Positions 1 to 12,499 of a DNA stretch of 64,000 bases are shown piece by piece (position 1 is the stretch's first letter; each line of letters starts with the position of its first letter). The stretch is from Hydrolagus colliei (lineage: Eukaryota). A program made the translations under genes and the position numbers. Location: contig CM068743.1 of NCBI GenBank assembly GCA_035084275.1, positions 20,460,001 to 20,524,000 of the forward strand. The letters run 5' to 3'. The notes beneath the pieces were generated by a model. The model worked only from the letters and a program-made list of their open reading frames with translations. It ran no database searches and was not told the origin of the DNA.

Positions 1-190
1 CCAGCTACTCATGTAGTTCCATGTTAAACATTGCTGATTCCTGTCCACACTCATCCATTCACACACAACAGGGAGAGTGGGGCGTTGTGTATTTCAGCTG
101 CCTCCGTGATGTGTGGAGATCATGTAATGACGGAAAAAGCTTGACTATGATATCCTCTGCAGATTGCTGTTAAGGTTTACATGTAGTATC

Positions 191-497
191 AATAATAATC
201 TTTGTATTTGATATAGGCTTTATCATATTGAGACGTCTTAAAGTGTTTCACGGAATATATGTTGCTGTAGTGACTGCATATTTATTATTGAACACTGTAG
301 CCAGTTTGCACACCCTAATGTCCCACAAATATCAATGAAGTAAATGACCAATTTGTTTATTAGGAAATTATTAGCCAGGCCATCAGGAGAAATTTGCTTA
401 TCTTTTCTCACAATGGCATGACTTGGAGTTCAAAGTCCTGATGTAGGGCTTGAATCTATAATCTTCTGACTCTCAGACAAGAGTTCACATGAGCCTG
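191..497 (-). mobile_element. Degenerate Deu-type tRNA SINE
   Basis: Reverse (ATT)n tail 'aataataatctttgtatttgatatagg..gagacgtcttaaagtg' with a tRNA-head remnant near 445-497; similar to other SINE copies in the window. Confidence 0.65.
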
Positions 498-2163
498 GCT
501 AATATGAACGATACCCTTTTGGTCAAGGTAATCCTGCTGCAAGGAATCATATTCAGTGTACATTTTACACAGCTGCTAGCCTCTAAGTGACATTGCTAAT
601 TGACCACCTAAGCTGGGGCTGGAGTTTGCAACACTCTTAAGACACACTAAATTTAGTCTGAAGCTCTTGTATGGCACCAATTTCCAGCTGCTGCTGTCAT
701 TCAGTTTAATTGACTGAATTATATTGTAGCATTTGCGGGGGATTTTCTCTAGAAATAATGTCTCCATTCTGAAAAATAAACTTGTTCTATCCAGTTTTGA
801 AACAGTCATCAAATCCCTTGACCCCTCACCAAAGTGTGGGTACCTTGATGAGTAACAACTAAAAGGTTCCAGGTGGAAGTTTGTGCTGACCTTGATAATC
901 CTCTGAGTATACTCGCCAGATGGGCGATCGCGTTTCCTAGCTGATTGCCAAGAGAGGCAGCGTGGGATTCCTGTGGGCTGGAGTATATATTTGAAGGAGT
1001 ATTAGAAATCTCATTCTTTGACTACAGTGGTTTTCCTATTGGCTTGAACTGCATTTTCCATGCTAGTTGTTTGGCCTAACTATGGATGTAGTTCCTGCAG
1101 CTGCTGCAAGATGTGGAGTTATTAAGTGAGGTCAGAAATTCTATACATGTTCAACGACTAGGCTAAAAGTGACTACAGGTGAACTGGATTAAAAATTGCC
1201 CTGCAATATGGATTTACTGAAAACTAAGGTTGATCTTTGTAGAAGTGTTTAAATGGAACCTTGTATTTTGAGTTCTGTTTCGCTTAAAAACTTTTTTTTT
1301 TGACAAATACTGTTTTTCTAATCCAACAAAGTGAAGGGATGTACATACAATACAAGCAGGAGGATGTCTCAAAGCATTTGAGAATGGTAAGAAATAGAGC
1401 ATTTGACCATTCATCCGGTCTGGTTTGAACATCCAATTGTGGCTATCGGGGGTATAGGAAAGAAGTTTGGTGGATCTCTAGGATTGAGCTGGCTTTGTGG
1501 TGAAAGGAGATGGAGTTAAGATAACTCTTTGTTATGGCTCAGTGATTCTGATACCTGAGTGCAACAGGTCTTCAGTAATAACCAGCCTGACTTAGATGGG
1601 TAATTCTACTCTGAGGGATGGGATTCTTCCCAGATGACGTTAGAATTGTAAAGCCGTTTCCCTAAATTTAGGGTAAGTTAGTCTGAACTGGGCAAGCAGC
1701 GGGAAGGTCACAAAAGCCTCTCAGAGATAAACGGTTAATCCTCGAATTAACCCAATGTCAACGTCAGAGTTCCCAAGGTTTTGGCTCTCTCTATTTCATG
1801 TCTCTATTCCCCAGGCAAAGAGAAGTGGATATTTCCTTCCTCCCTACATCTGTCCGTTTGGGAAAATTACGTGGCTTCCAGAACTTGTAGACAGAAAGTC
1901 TATGTTGGTTTTCAGTAAATGGAATTGGAGACTAGGAGTGTCTGGACTCCTGGATGACCAGAATAAAAGACCAGTTTTAAATTTCCATTTCCCACACCAG
2001 CCAACCTTGTGGTCTCTGAGGAGAACTGGCAGTTTGCTGAATTATTAGATAATGTTATTCTATGGAGTTCTGCCCACTTAATAAACCTAGTTAAGATTAA
2101 CATCTTGGTCAGTGCAGCATTATGCCCTGGGTTGATTTTCGATGATTTCAGGTGGGATTCATT

Positions 2164-2280
2164 CAAATATTTCCCTATTATGAGTTGCAACTTTTTTCTT
2201 TTACAAATATTTCCCTATTATGAGTTGCAACTTTTTTTTTACAAATATTTCCCTATTATGAGTTGCAACTTTTTTCTCTT
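2164..2280. repeat. Tandem repeat, 3 x ~38-40 bp
   Basis: 'caaatatttccctattatgagttgcaactttttt' at 2164, 2204 and 2242; the units differ only in the T tract. Confidence 0.95.
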
Positions 2281-2646
2281 GTCTATATCCTTTGCCCATC
2301 TCAGGGGATCATAAAAAAGTAGCTGTTCAAACAACCCACTGCTGGCTAGCCACGCAACCAACTTTCTATTGTGAGCCAGAAAAATATGGTACATGCAGCA
2401 GCATAAATGTTGACCTTGAGGTCCTGGCTGCTTCTGGTAGCTGGTTGTAGAGACTGCATGAAGCAGTGAAACTATAGACTTAGCAATGGCAGTTTTTGTA
2501 GTGCAGTGTGCCTTCTGAATGTGGTATTATCGTATTTTAAGCAGGGTATTACATTTCCAGCTGTATTAAGTATTTATAATGTATATTGTAATAGTGAATT
2601 GTTCGAGCAACATATCACCTTACTGTTTTGTCTCTGTCTGGTGCAG

Positions 2647-2667
2647 TTGAAAGACTGCATGGCTACA
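2647..2667 (+). other. Candidate 21-nt microexon of an unidentified host gene
   Basis: Acceptor 'ccttactgttttgtctctgtctggtgcAG', donor 'GTAAGT' at 2668; length is a multiple of 3; open as LKDCMAT or xERLHGYx. Confidence 0.4.
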
Positions 2668-3883
2668 GTAAGTTGTATTTTGTGGAGTATAAACACTTGT
2701 GCTTCATTTGCAATGTCTGGAAAATTTCTCTCCCCAAAGCTATTAATGACTGTCCACTTCACAAAACCTCAGATGAACTGTACGGTTTGTGTAACACAGG
2801 GCATAACATGGTCTGTGTCTATTTTTAGAGTGATAATAAATAAGCTGTACATCAATGAGACTTGCTAGTCCCAAACTATACACTAGCCGGAAGAGCACCA
2901 GAAATAAGTCACTATGGATTTTTCTAGGAAATTTAAGAAAGAAAATAAATACTTCATCGTTGTTAAGTTACAATGCAAACATCTCTGGAAAGTTATTGCA
3001 ACATTTACTACATTCTCTATTGGGTTGTTTCAAAGGGCTTTTAAATGTATTTCTTCTTCATCAGTTTCTTTTCTTTGCTTTGATATTTGTTTGACAAAGC
3101 TATCCATTAGTTTTTCAAAAAAAAGGGTGATTAAGCTGTTTGTTTAAAGATGTGTCTATTGTCTAAAATGATTCAGGGTTGATTCCCAGTCTGTGCTTAG
3201 TTAGCAGATTTCACAGGGCAGAGGTTATGTTTCTTCAATTGTCTCGTCTTTGTGAAGACTGCTGTTACTCATGCAACCATGCCTCAGTGCAAGTCAGCAG
3301 CTTTAGCAAAGGTGGAAGGAAGAAAAGTGGGAGATGAAACGTGTCTATCAAGATGTATACAGTGAAACAGAGCAGAAGGTTCGAGCAAAATTTGCAGGAT
3401 TTCTTAAAGCCTTCCCTGTGTTAATGGACACTAGGAATATCTTATAGATTATCTGCAAATTTCTTCCTAATTTCTTAATTAATGTCACCTTGAAGGACTA
3501 GATGCTCTTTACAACATTCCTCTCGACCTTTGATTCTCCTCTATCGGCTTCTCCCTATTAGATGGCAGCAAGTTGGTAAAGAAACCCAGGAAACTTGACT
3601 TTCTTTATTTTTTTGGAGCACCGAATTCCTTGGAGAAATTGTGGTGATGTACGGTGGTATGCCACATCTTTCTCAGAGCTTTAGTAGACTCTAACAATTT
3701 CACGCCTTAATTTTCCTGAACTCACCAAACTGCTTACATTTATTCGGAAGGCTGTGTTAGGTGAGAGAGTTCAAGCACCTCTGCTTTTGTTTTGTTTTCT
3801 CTTCCATTTTCCCTTCCCATTTTCACTGACTTAAGCTATGGTACCCATCCATGGGCATCTGCTTCCATCCATAACCTTTCCTG

Positions 3884-3957
3884 TCAGCCTGGCTTAGTTG
3901 ATCATGTTCTTGCCTCTGAGTTAGAAGGTTGTGGGTTCAAACCCCACATTAGGACTC
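3884..3957 (+). mobile_element. tRNA-derived SINE head (Deu-type)
   Basis: 'tggcttagttg..gcctctgagttagaaggttgtgggttcaaacccc' with Pol III A/B-box-like motifs. Confidence 0.6.
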
Positions 3958-3999
3958 GGAAAGTTATGTAGAGAAACACTCAGAATTTGAACATCTGCA

Positions 4000-4082
4000 T
4001 TATCGCCCTGATCTGCCTGGATTAGAACACAGGTCTTATGCTTGTAAGGCAAGTGCTCTAACCACTGAGCTACAGGAGCTCC
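4000..4082 (-). mobile_element. tRNA-Ala-like SINE head
   Basis: 'gtgctctaaccactgagctacagga' is the reverse complement of the SINE head at 30281 and 42580. Confidence 0.75.
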
Positions 4083-4227
4083 ACATATGCCCATGCTGTG
4101 CGATGTACAGTAAAAGCTCGTTTATCCATGGCCCGATCAACCGGATTGCTCGACGCCCTCCCGGGGCAATTCCCCATTCCAGTAATTGCGAGTATGCTCA
4201 CTTTGTGCGTGCAATGTGTGTGCATAC

Positions 4228-5642
4228 TAGGGAACGGCGATATGGGAATTTTCCGGATATGGATATATCGGTTGGCTCATATCGAGATATACCGAAATAC
4301 CGATATTTTCAGTTTTTTCGTACTGCGCATGCGCGCGCGCATCGGAGTGCGCGCGCATTCCGGGTGCGCGCGCATTCGGGGTGCGCGCACATTCCGGGTG
4401 CGCGCGCATTCGGGGCCTATCTTCTCAGGAGGTAAATATCTTTCTCTCTCTGTGTCTCTCACTCTCTCCATCTCTGAGTTTTTCTGTCTGTGTCTCTCTA
4501 TGTCTCTCTCCCTCTCTCCTCTCTCACATCCCCCCCCATCTCTATCTATCTGTATATTATCACATCCACCCCCTCTCTCCCCCGCCGTCCCCCCCGCCAT
4601 CCCTCTCTCACACCCCCCACCCCCGTCGTCTCTCTCCCCCACCACCCCCCCAGCCGTCTCTTTCTCCCTCCCCCCCCCCCCCGCCGTCTCTCTCTCCCTC
4701 CCCCCCCAGCTGTCTCTCTCCCCCTCCCCCCAGCCGTCGGTCTCCCCCTCTCCTCCCCCCCCCGCCCCCGCCATCTCTCTCTCCCTCCTCCCCAGCCGTC
4801 TCTCTCCCCCTCTCCTCCCCCCCCCCACCGTCTCTCTCTCCCTCCCCCCCCCAGCCGTCTCTCTCTCCCTCTCCTCCCCCACCCAGCCGTCTCTCTCCCC
4901 CTCTCCCCCCTCCCAGCCATCTCTCTCCCCCTCTACCCCCCAGCCATCTCTCTCCCTCCCCCCCCCCCACCGTCTCTCTCTCCCTCCCCCCCCAGCCGTC
5001 TCTCTCTCCCTCTCCTCCCCCACCCAGCCATCTCTCTCCCCCTCTACCCCCCAGCCATCTCTCTCCCTCCCCCCCCACCCGCCGTCTCTCTCTCCCTCCC
5101 CCCCAGCCGTCTCTCTCCCCCTCTCCTCCCCCCCCCCACCGTCTCTCTCTCCCTCCCCCCCCAGCCGTCTCTCTCCCCCTCTCCCCCCTCCCAGCCATCT
5201 CTCTCCCCCTCTCCCCCCCAGCCATCTCTCTCCCCCACTCCCCCCCAGCCGTCTCTCTCCCCCTCTCCCCCACAGCCGTCTCTCTCCCCCTCTCCCCCCC
5301 ACAGCCGTCACTCTCCCCCTCCCCCCCCCCCCCCCTCCCCCCAGCAGTCTCTCTCCCCCTCACCCCCCCCACCCACAGCCGTCTCTCTCCCCCCATCCCT
5401 TGCATACCTGTATATTGTATTCGAAGACTATGAATACAAGATGGCGGCTTTGCACCTCGGTCTGTGCATTGTGTATAGAGATGAGCATTCTGGGTCTTGT
5501 AGTTGATTGTGCTCGCATCCCGATTTTTTACCTCGATATATCGTTTTTCGATATATCGGTATTTTTAAAATGTCTATATCGGCATATCGATATGAAAATC
5601 ATATCGGGTTTTAGCGATATACTGATATATTGCCGTTCCCTA
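4228..5642 (+). mobile_element. hAT-superfamily MITE, copy 1
   Basis: TIRs tagggaacggc/gccgttcccta; perfect 8-bp TSD gtgcatac (4220-4227, 5643-5650); subterminal CGATAT/GATATATCG repeats. Confidence 0.93.
4560..5400. repeat. CT-rich minisatellite inside hAT MITE 1
   Basis: Units such as 'cagccgtctctctcccctctcccccc'; source of the spurious Pro/Ser and Gly/Arg ORFs. Confidence 0.95.
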
Positions 5643-7204
5643 GTGCATACACGTTTATTAAACTAACAAACTCTGGGTTTTTACCGATCGGTAAAGAATG
5701 CTGTTTTATCGATCATTTTACCGCTTGTGCTGGAATCTTTTTTGGTAAGTATCCATACAATATTCTGTTACTACTTAGTGTATTATTAATATGGTATGTT
5801 TTAAAATAAGCAATTTTTTTGTGTTGGGTTTTCGGCAATTTGCTGCCCGATTATCCGACACAGTCAATTAGTCGACCCCCCCAGATAAACGGGCTTTTAC
5901 TGTAATACGGAAAGCACTCTTGAGTCACTACCGCATGCTATTATAAATTCTGTTGTTGTTGTAATCCCAGACACTGAATGTAGTGGAAGAAAGCTGAGTT
6001 GTGCATTTGTTTTTCATCATCCTAAATTCTGATCTTGCTTTTCCTCCCAGAGGAATTGCATTTGGTTGTGTTCATTGGATGGTACCTGATCTGAATACAC
6101 AGTTATCACTGAAAAACGTGCTTCGAGTCATAACTGAATTTAAGGAATTATCCAAACAGTCTGGTACCAGGCTTTGTATAGATATCCCACATAATGTAGA
6201 AATTAAACACCATCTTTAAACAAACACCGCAGGCTGTATGAACTGCTTCAATAAACCCTGTGGTTCAGAGATAGCAGAATCTGTGTTGGTGTAGCTGCTG
6301 TCCTGACTGCAATCTGTCTCCTCTGACATTGCATCTTATTGCTAGACTGTGGAACTGTGAGTCTCAGTAAATGCTGATAACTTTCATAGTATGGCTCCTA
6401 ATCTTGGGAAAGAAAGAAAAAGTATATTTTAATCCCATGACCAATAAAGGGTGGATATCTGTTATGTGGATAACGGATGAGAACCATACAATTGACAGTG
6501 AAAGGATGAAGGGACATTCTGGGAATTCTACAGTGGAAATAATAACACTTATTCTGACTACTAGTATTTGCACCTTCAATAGTTATATTATGAGGAGCAT
6601 GAAGTAATTTTTCCAGTTCCAATTGAGCTCCCAAAGCATCGAAAATAATATCAAAGAACATAGATCAAGAGGATTTTTCAATTGCCATAAAATTATTGGA
6701 AAGCTGTCTTGACATAACATCACAGTAGGTATAAGAACACTAAGCGCAGAACAAGCAAAGCCCATTTATCCCCTCTTCTAATCAACCATTCACAATTTGA
6801 CCTCATTTCATCTATTGACTGAGGCAAATATAATCACACGTGAAACTTCCAAGAGGAGAGAACTCTCATAGATACAATTTCTTTCAGAGTATCATGATGT
6901 GAAACTAATTGGCCAGCACAGAGGAACCAAATGATACTTCACCACTTTCAGTTGTACTTTTTTCTGCATTAAATCATGCTACAAGTGCACATGTTGATTT
7001 TCAGATGCTGAGTGTTTCTCTACATAACTTACTGTTCCATACCATGATCAGTTTAGTAATGAGTTCCTTAAGCAGTGGCCAGTCTTTTGGAAGAGACATG
7101 TGTCAGGAAGCCTGTACTGTGTGAAATCACAATACTGCAAATCACCATTGGATGTACTCTAGGTGTAGGATGTATAACCACTCAATTTATTCCTGCCCAA
7201 AGCA

Positions 7205-8467
7205 ATGGAACAACTGCAGATTGTTATAAGTGTACATTATGGCTTTTTCCCACCAGAAGTGGTGATCAGATTTGTTAAAGGCAAATCTTGCCGTACAAAT
7301 CTGATAGAATTTTTTGATGAGGTAACGGAATGGGTGGATAATGGTAGCGCAGTTGATGTAGTTTACATGGACTTTCAAAAGGCATTTGACAAAGTGCCAC
7401 ATGAGAGACTTATTAGGAAATTAAAGGCCCATGGCGTAAAAAGGACAGTGGCAGCGTGGATCCACAACTGGCTGCGAGACAGAAAGCAGAGAGTTGTAGT
7501 GAGCGGCTGTTTTTCAGACTGGAGGGAAGTGAGCAGTGGTGTGCCACAGGGATCAGTTTTGGGACCATTGCTGTTTGTAATCTACATCAATGATCTGGAC
7601 TTGGGTGTACGGAGTACAGTTTCCAAGTTTGCAGATGACACTAAGTTAGGGAGAATAGTAAATAGTGAGGAGGATAGTAGCCATCTGCAAGAGGATATAG
7701 ACAAATTGGTAAAGTGGGCAGACACATGGCAGATGAAGTTTAATGCAGAGAAGTGTGAGGTGATGCATTTTGGGAGAAGAAATGAAGGGAGGCAATATAG
7801 GCTAGATAGTACGATTTTAAATGGTGTGAAGGAACAGAGAGACCTGGGGATTTATGTTAGTGACTCGTTGAAGGTGGCAGGACAGGTAGACAAGGCTGTT
7901 AAGAAGGCATATGGGATACTAGGCTTTATAAATAGGGGTATAGAGTACAAAAGTCAGGAAGTGCTGACTAACCTCTATAAGATTTTGGTGAGGCCTCAGC
8001 TGGAATACTGTGTGCAATTCTGGTCACCACACTACAGAAAGGATGTGAAGACATTGGAAAGGGTACAAAGAAGATTTACTAGGATGGTGCCAGGATTGAG
8101 GGACTTCAGCTATGAGGAGAGGCTAGATAGGCTAGGGTTATTCTCTCTGGAGCAGAGAAGATTGAGGGGAGACCTAATAGAGGTTTATAAGATCATGAGG
8201 GGTTTCGACAGGGCAAATAGAGAAAAACTATTTCCACTCGTGGGCGAATCTGTGACTCGTGGTCACAGATTTAAAATAGTTTCAAGGCGAAGTAGAGGGG
8301 AGCTGAGGAGAATTTTTTTCACTCAGCGAGTTGTTCGAATCTGGAATGCATTGCCTGGAAAGGTGGTGGAGGCTGATTCGATAACAACTTTTAAAAGGGA
8401 ATTAGATCTTTATTTAGGGAGAACAGGTCTATTAGGCTATGGGGAGCGGGCAGGGCAGTGGGATTGA
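7205..8467 (+). pseudogene. CR1 ORF2 reverse transcriptase C-terminal part; the first ~21 codons are flanking DNA
   Basis: ORF-track 420 aa; RT motifs begin at 'FVKGKSC'; no endonuclease domain and no native start. Confidence 0.9.
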
Positions 8468-8551
8468 ATCGCTCTTTTCAAAGAGCCGGCACAGACTAGA
8501 TGGGCCGAATGGCCTCCTTTTGTGCCATAAAGTTCTATGAATCTATGAATC
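7269..8551 (+). mobile_element. 5'-truncated young CR1 LINE (RT domain and 3' end)
   Basis: Uninterrupted ORF2 frame to the stop at 8467: DVVYMDFQKAFDKVPH, GVPQGSVLGPLLF, SKFADDTKL, RPQLEYCVQFWSP; 3' 8-bp tandem tail 'ttctatgaatctatgaatc'. Confidence 0.97.
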
Positions 8552-8629
8552 ACGAGCTACAATCAGGAATGCTGAGGTAAACAGTGCGTTGTTAGCTTGT
8601 CTACCTAAGATCAGTAATAACTTAGTAGA

Positions 8630-8746
8630 ATTAAAAACAAAAGCTGCTAGGAACAGTCAGCCGGTCAAGCAGCATCTATGGAGAGAGGAAAGTGAGTTAA
8701 TATTTCAGGTTTATCTCAAATTTCCAGCATCTTCAGTATTTTGCCT
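8630..8746. mobile_element. Penelope-type terminal-repeat fragment inserted in an old SINE
   Basis: 'cagccggtcaagcagcatctatggagagaggaaagtgagttaatatttcagg' matches the reverse complement of 44650-44710 and 50670-50730. Confidence 0.6.
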
Positions 8747-8994
8747 AACTTAGCAGAGACTGAATTGAGCTCAATGTCTCCTGTCTTAACAGCACTTAAT
8801 AACTTAGTACTGTTACAGGGCAGAGCGCCATAACACATGAGGCCATTGGGGGAGCTCTCTACTGTCTACTCTTAATGCTAAAGCATAATTCACACCTTGC
8901 TATTGCAGTAAAACATTGTAGCCTCTCCTCCCTCATCTAGCTCAGTTGAGTGCTATCTAACTAGCCTGGGTTGAGTGCTATCTAACAAACTGCC

Positions 8995-9805
8995 TTCACT
9001 TTATCCCTGTTTATTTCTCCTCCAGCCCCCACCTGGTAACCTGTGGTGTACTCCAGAGCTCTATCCTTGGGCCTCTCCTCTTTCTTATTTCCCTCGTATA
9101 TGCTCCCTCTTGGCAATGTCAACTGCAGACATGGGGTAAACTTCCACATGTATGTGGATGATACACAAATCTAGTTTGCAACCTAGGAGTCAGGTTCGAC
9201 TAACAGCTGTCCTTTCTTCCCCTCATCCAGTCATGATGAGGACCACCTTCCACCACATTGCCCGCCTCAGACCGTAGACGCAACTGAAACACACGTCGAT
9301 GTGTTTGTCAACTTCCAACTCAACTTCCTAAATGCCCTCTTTGCTGGTCTCCTTATCTCCACCATACTCAGGATCCAGCTGATCTAAAACTTCACTGCCC
9401 GCATACTCTCCTGTACTAAACTCTGTATGCCCATCACATCAATGCTTGACATATGATATATCGCCAAACAGATCAATTTCAAGATCTCTCTACTGTATCA
9501 AATCCCTTCATGCCCTGGCATTTCCCTACTGCTCCGACCTGGTTATCCCACAACCCGCAGTCTCTGCTTGACTGGCTTTGGCCTTCTGAATGACCCTCAT
9601 GCCCTCCAGCAACTCTATCTGTGCTTTCAACCACTATGCCCCAAAACTGTGGAAACCTCTTCCTCCATCTTTCCGAAGATGTTCCTATTCGACCATGCCT
9701 ACAGTCACCTCCCGCTTCCCCTGGCTCGTGGTAGTGCTCTGTCCACAACTGTCAAGCTTGCTGGGATGCTCTGGGACACTATACAAGTGTTGTTGTTATT
9801 ATTGT
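8995..9805 (+). mobile_element. Degenerate L2 LINE 3' part
   Basis: Decayed GVPQGSILGPLLF ('ggtgtactccagagctctatccttgggcctctcctc') and HMYADDTQ ('cacatgtatgtggatgatacacaa') motifs; (TTG)n tail. Confidence 0.85.
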
Positions 9806-10261
9806 AGCAGAATCATCATCAATAACAACAACAAATTAAATTTGCATAGAGCCTTTCAATTATCTGTTTCTTTTAGGTTGGAGATACAAACCAAATTTGA
9901 TTCCAAATTCGGCAACCTTGAAAAATGTTGCTTTTCTCTGTTTCTGAAAAGAGCAAAATGATTGTGGAAAGGTGCTTGGCCTGCCAATGCATGTTACCTT
10001 TCCTCCACTTACAATGTACGTTTTTTACCATCAAGGTAGGTGGTGGATATTGTTGTTGCCTTCTAGTGACAAAAATGTTTAACACAGGAGGTGGTGATTC
10101 GGCTTATTGTGTCGGTGCTGGATTGTTGGATGTATTTGGTTCTGTAGGTTAGTGGAAGAAGGGGAACAGGAATCTCTGGCAACCATGTATCTATTTTTAC
10201 CCATTAGCTTATTCAGTGTTTAACATTTTGTTGGTCTTGTGATACAGCATAGTTCTATTAT

Positions 10262-10745
10262 TCATAAGAACATAAGAATTAGGAGCAGGAGTAGGCCATT
10301 TGGCTCTTCGAACCTACTCCGCCATTCAACAAGATCATGGATGATCTTCTCACCTAACTTTGATGAACTGCCCTATCCCCATATCCCCTGATCCCACTAT
10401 TTTTCAAAAATCTATCAGTCTCAGCCTTGAAAATGTTCAAGGACTGAGCATCTACAGCCTTTTGGGGTAATGAATTCCATAAATTCACTACCCTCTGAGT
10501 GAAGAAATGTTTCCTCAACTCTGTTCTAAAAGGCTGACCCTTAATTTTAAGACTGTGACCACTGGTTATAGATTCTCCTACTGGGGGAAACAGTCCCTCA
10601 GTGCCTACTTTAGCTAGCCCTTTAAGAATCTTATATGTTTCAATAAGATCCCCTCTAATTCTTCTGTACTCTAGAGAATACAGCCCTAGTTTATTCAACC
10701 TATCCTCATAGGTCAGTCCCCTCATCCCAGGAACTAACCTAGTGG
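10262..10745 (-). mobile_element. CR1 LINE 3' end
   Basis: ORF 10354-10725: MRGLTYEDRLNKLGLYSLEYRRIRGDLIETYKI...FFTQRVVNLWNSLP; tail 'cataagaacataagaa'. Confidence 0.93.
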
Positions 10746-10899
10746 AATAATCAGTTGGAAGTTGACTTTACTTCACGTTTTTAGAGGAGTAAAAGTAATT
10801 GGGTTTCTATACCGTTATTCCCTTGTGGTAGTTGTGTATTTAGTGGATGTTTCTTTGTGCATTATGTATAGTGATCTGTATCTAACTTTGGTTCTGGTT

Positions 10900-11220
10900 T
10901 CATAGAAGGTTTGCAGGACAAGAGGAGACGTAAAGTTACATGGATTGATTGGGCCATTCAACCCAACCTGTCTGTGCTGGTGTTTTACTCACATAAGTGC
11001 CCACATCTCCTTTCCCCACTGCTGCATCCTTCTCCTATACCCCTCTATTCACTTCTCCCTTATGTATGCATCTGGCCTTGTGCTAGCTTCCCACCAGATC
11101 TATCTGTGCCCGTTCTATTCTCATGCTCTTTCCACATATCCTTTTAACACCATTTCTCCTCAGGTATTTGTTGAATTCTTTTTTAAATGCTCTTGAACAG
11201 ACATTTGACATTTGTGGTGA
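10900..11220 (-). mobile_element. Old CR1 3' tail
   Basis: 'ggccattcaacccaacctgtctgtgctgg' resembles the reversed CR1 3'UTR of other copies. Confidence 0.5.
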
Positions 11221-12499
11221 AGCATTACACATTTAAAAAATATTTTATTTCCTAAACAGAAAGCTCAATAAAATCTTGCCTTCACCACTGATATTTTACA
11301 GGCTGAGTCTCATTTCTGACCAATATTCCAGTCTGTAGAACATTGCATTTCAATGCATTGTGTTAGTTGTCTGGGTGCCTTGAAGAGAAACACCATTCAT
11401 ATTGCAGATTTCTTCTACTTGGGGAAGAAATAAGCTTGAAGTGGAGGTGTTTTATCTCCGTGTATCCATTTCCAGTTGCCTGAAGATAGTACTAAGTAGC
11501 AAAGGAGCTCAAAAGCAGCAGAGAAGCTCAAAAAAATGCAGAAACACATCAAGTTAGCATATTGACCTTTTACTTCTTTGATCTGCCTGAGAAAGCCTGG
11601 CATGGATGGAATGAAAGACACTCTCTCTTTGTTGGCTGATGAATGTAAAGGGACATGGGAGTGGAGCCAATTTTTTTCTGCTCTTATTCATCATCCTTTC
11701 ATTTTGCCTTCTACTATACCAATGGTTTATGTAACAATCCCATCTTGATTAATATTTTGATTTTGTTTCTTCCTTCTTCTCAACTTTTCCATTGCTCTAC
11801 AACCCAGCTCAATAAAATGTTTTCTTTACATTTGGTAGGACTCTTCAGCCTTGTACAGTAATTTGTAACTTCGAAAGCTATTAATGATGAAAATGCATGT
11901 GTCACTTTTTTTTTGCAGGGTTACAGGCATTTATATTACAGTACATTGAAGTTAACACAGCTCCTCTGAGCTTGCAAATAATTTTGCTATTTTCTTCTTC
12001 AGAATTTTGGCTGAAACAGCGAAATGTCGCTTGTACGAAAAATGTGCAGTAAAAAAATGGTCTAATAGAAAAACTATTCACACAGACAAATGAACACCTA
12101 AGCAAAAAAAATGGGAAGGACATTCAGTACTGATAAATGCAAGGCAATTGTATTGGTAGTAAACTGACTTCAGTGAAGGATTATAACCTGCAAATGCCAG
12201 AATCTGAAGAGGTTACAAGCGTGGTAAGTGACCTTTTCACATTGTGAGGCAGTAGCGTTGAAGTGAATGGAATGTACAGATGGATTTATAGAACATAAAT
12301 CTGAGGAATTAACTATACTGCTGCTCTGTAAACCATTTATGAGACTATTGTTGGAGAATTGTATCCTGATCTCATCCTTGAAACTATTCTGTACACTTCC
12401 TTCTGATGCGCCCCCTTCTCTCATTCAAGAACTATTTCAAAACACATTGTCTATTTAACTGCACTTTTGTTCATATTCCCTCCTCCACCCCTTCGGTCC

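Larger units (their letters stand above)
4108..5902 (+). mobile_element. Non-autonomous Tigger/pogo (Tc1-mariner) MITE, copy A, with a nested hAT MITE
   Basis: TA|cagtaaaagctcgtttatcc ... agataaacgggcttttactg|TA; TIRs plus TA TSD at 4106-4107 and 5903-5904. Confidence 0.9.

Noticed and set aside
2164-2280. Possible CRISPR-like array
   Set aside because: The units are contiguous with no unique spacers, in a vertebrate context with no cas genes.
4098-5666. 522-aa ORF and the overlapping Pro/Ser- or Gly/Arg-rich ORFs (also 13494, 28037 and 45144-46336)
   Set aside because: All frames are open because CT/GA minisatellites inside MITEs lack stop codons; the similarity between these ORFs is just repeat homology.
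6051-6163. Exon after the strong acceptor 'cttgcttttcctcccag'
   Set aside because: Only weak donors (gtacct, gtacca) and an unrecognised peptide; not supportable without RNA data.
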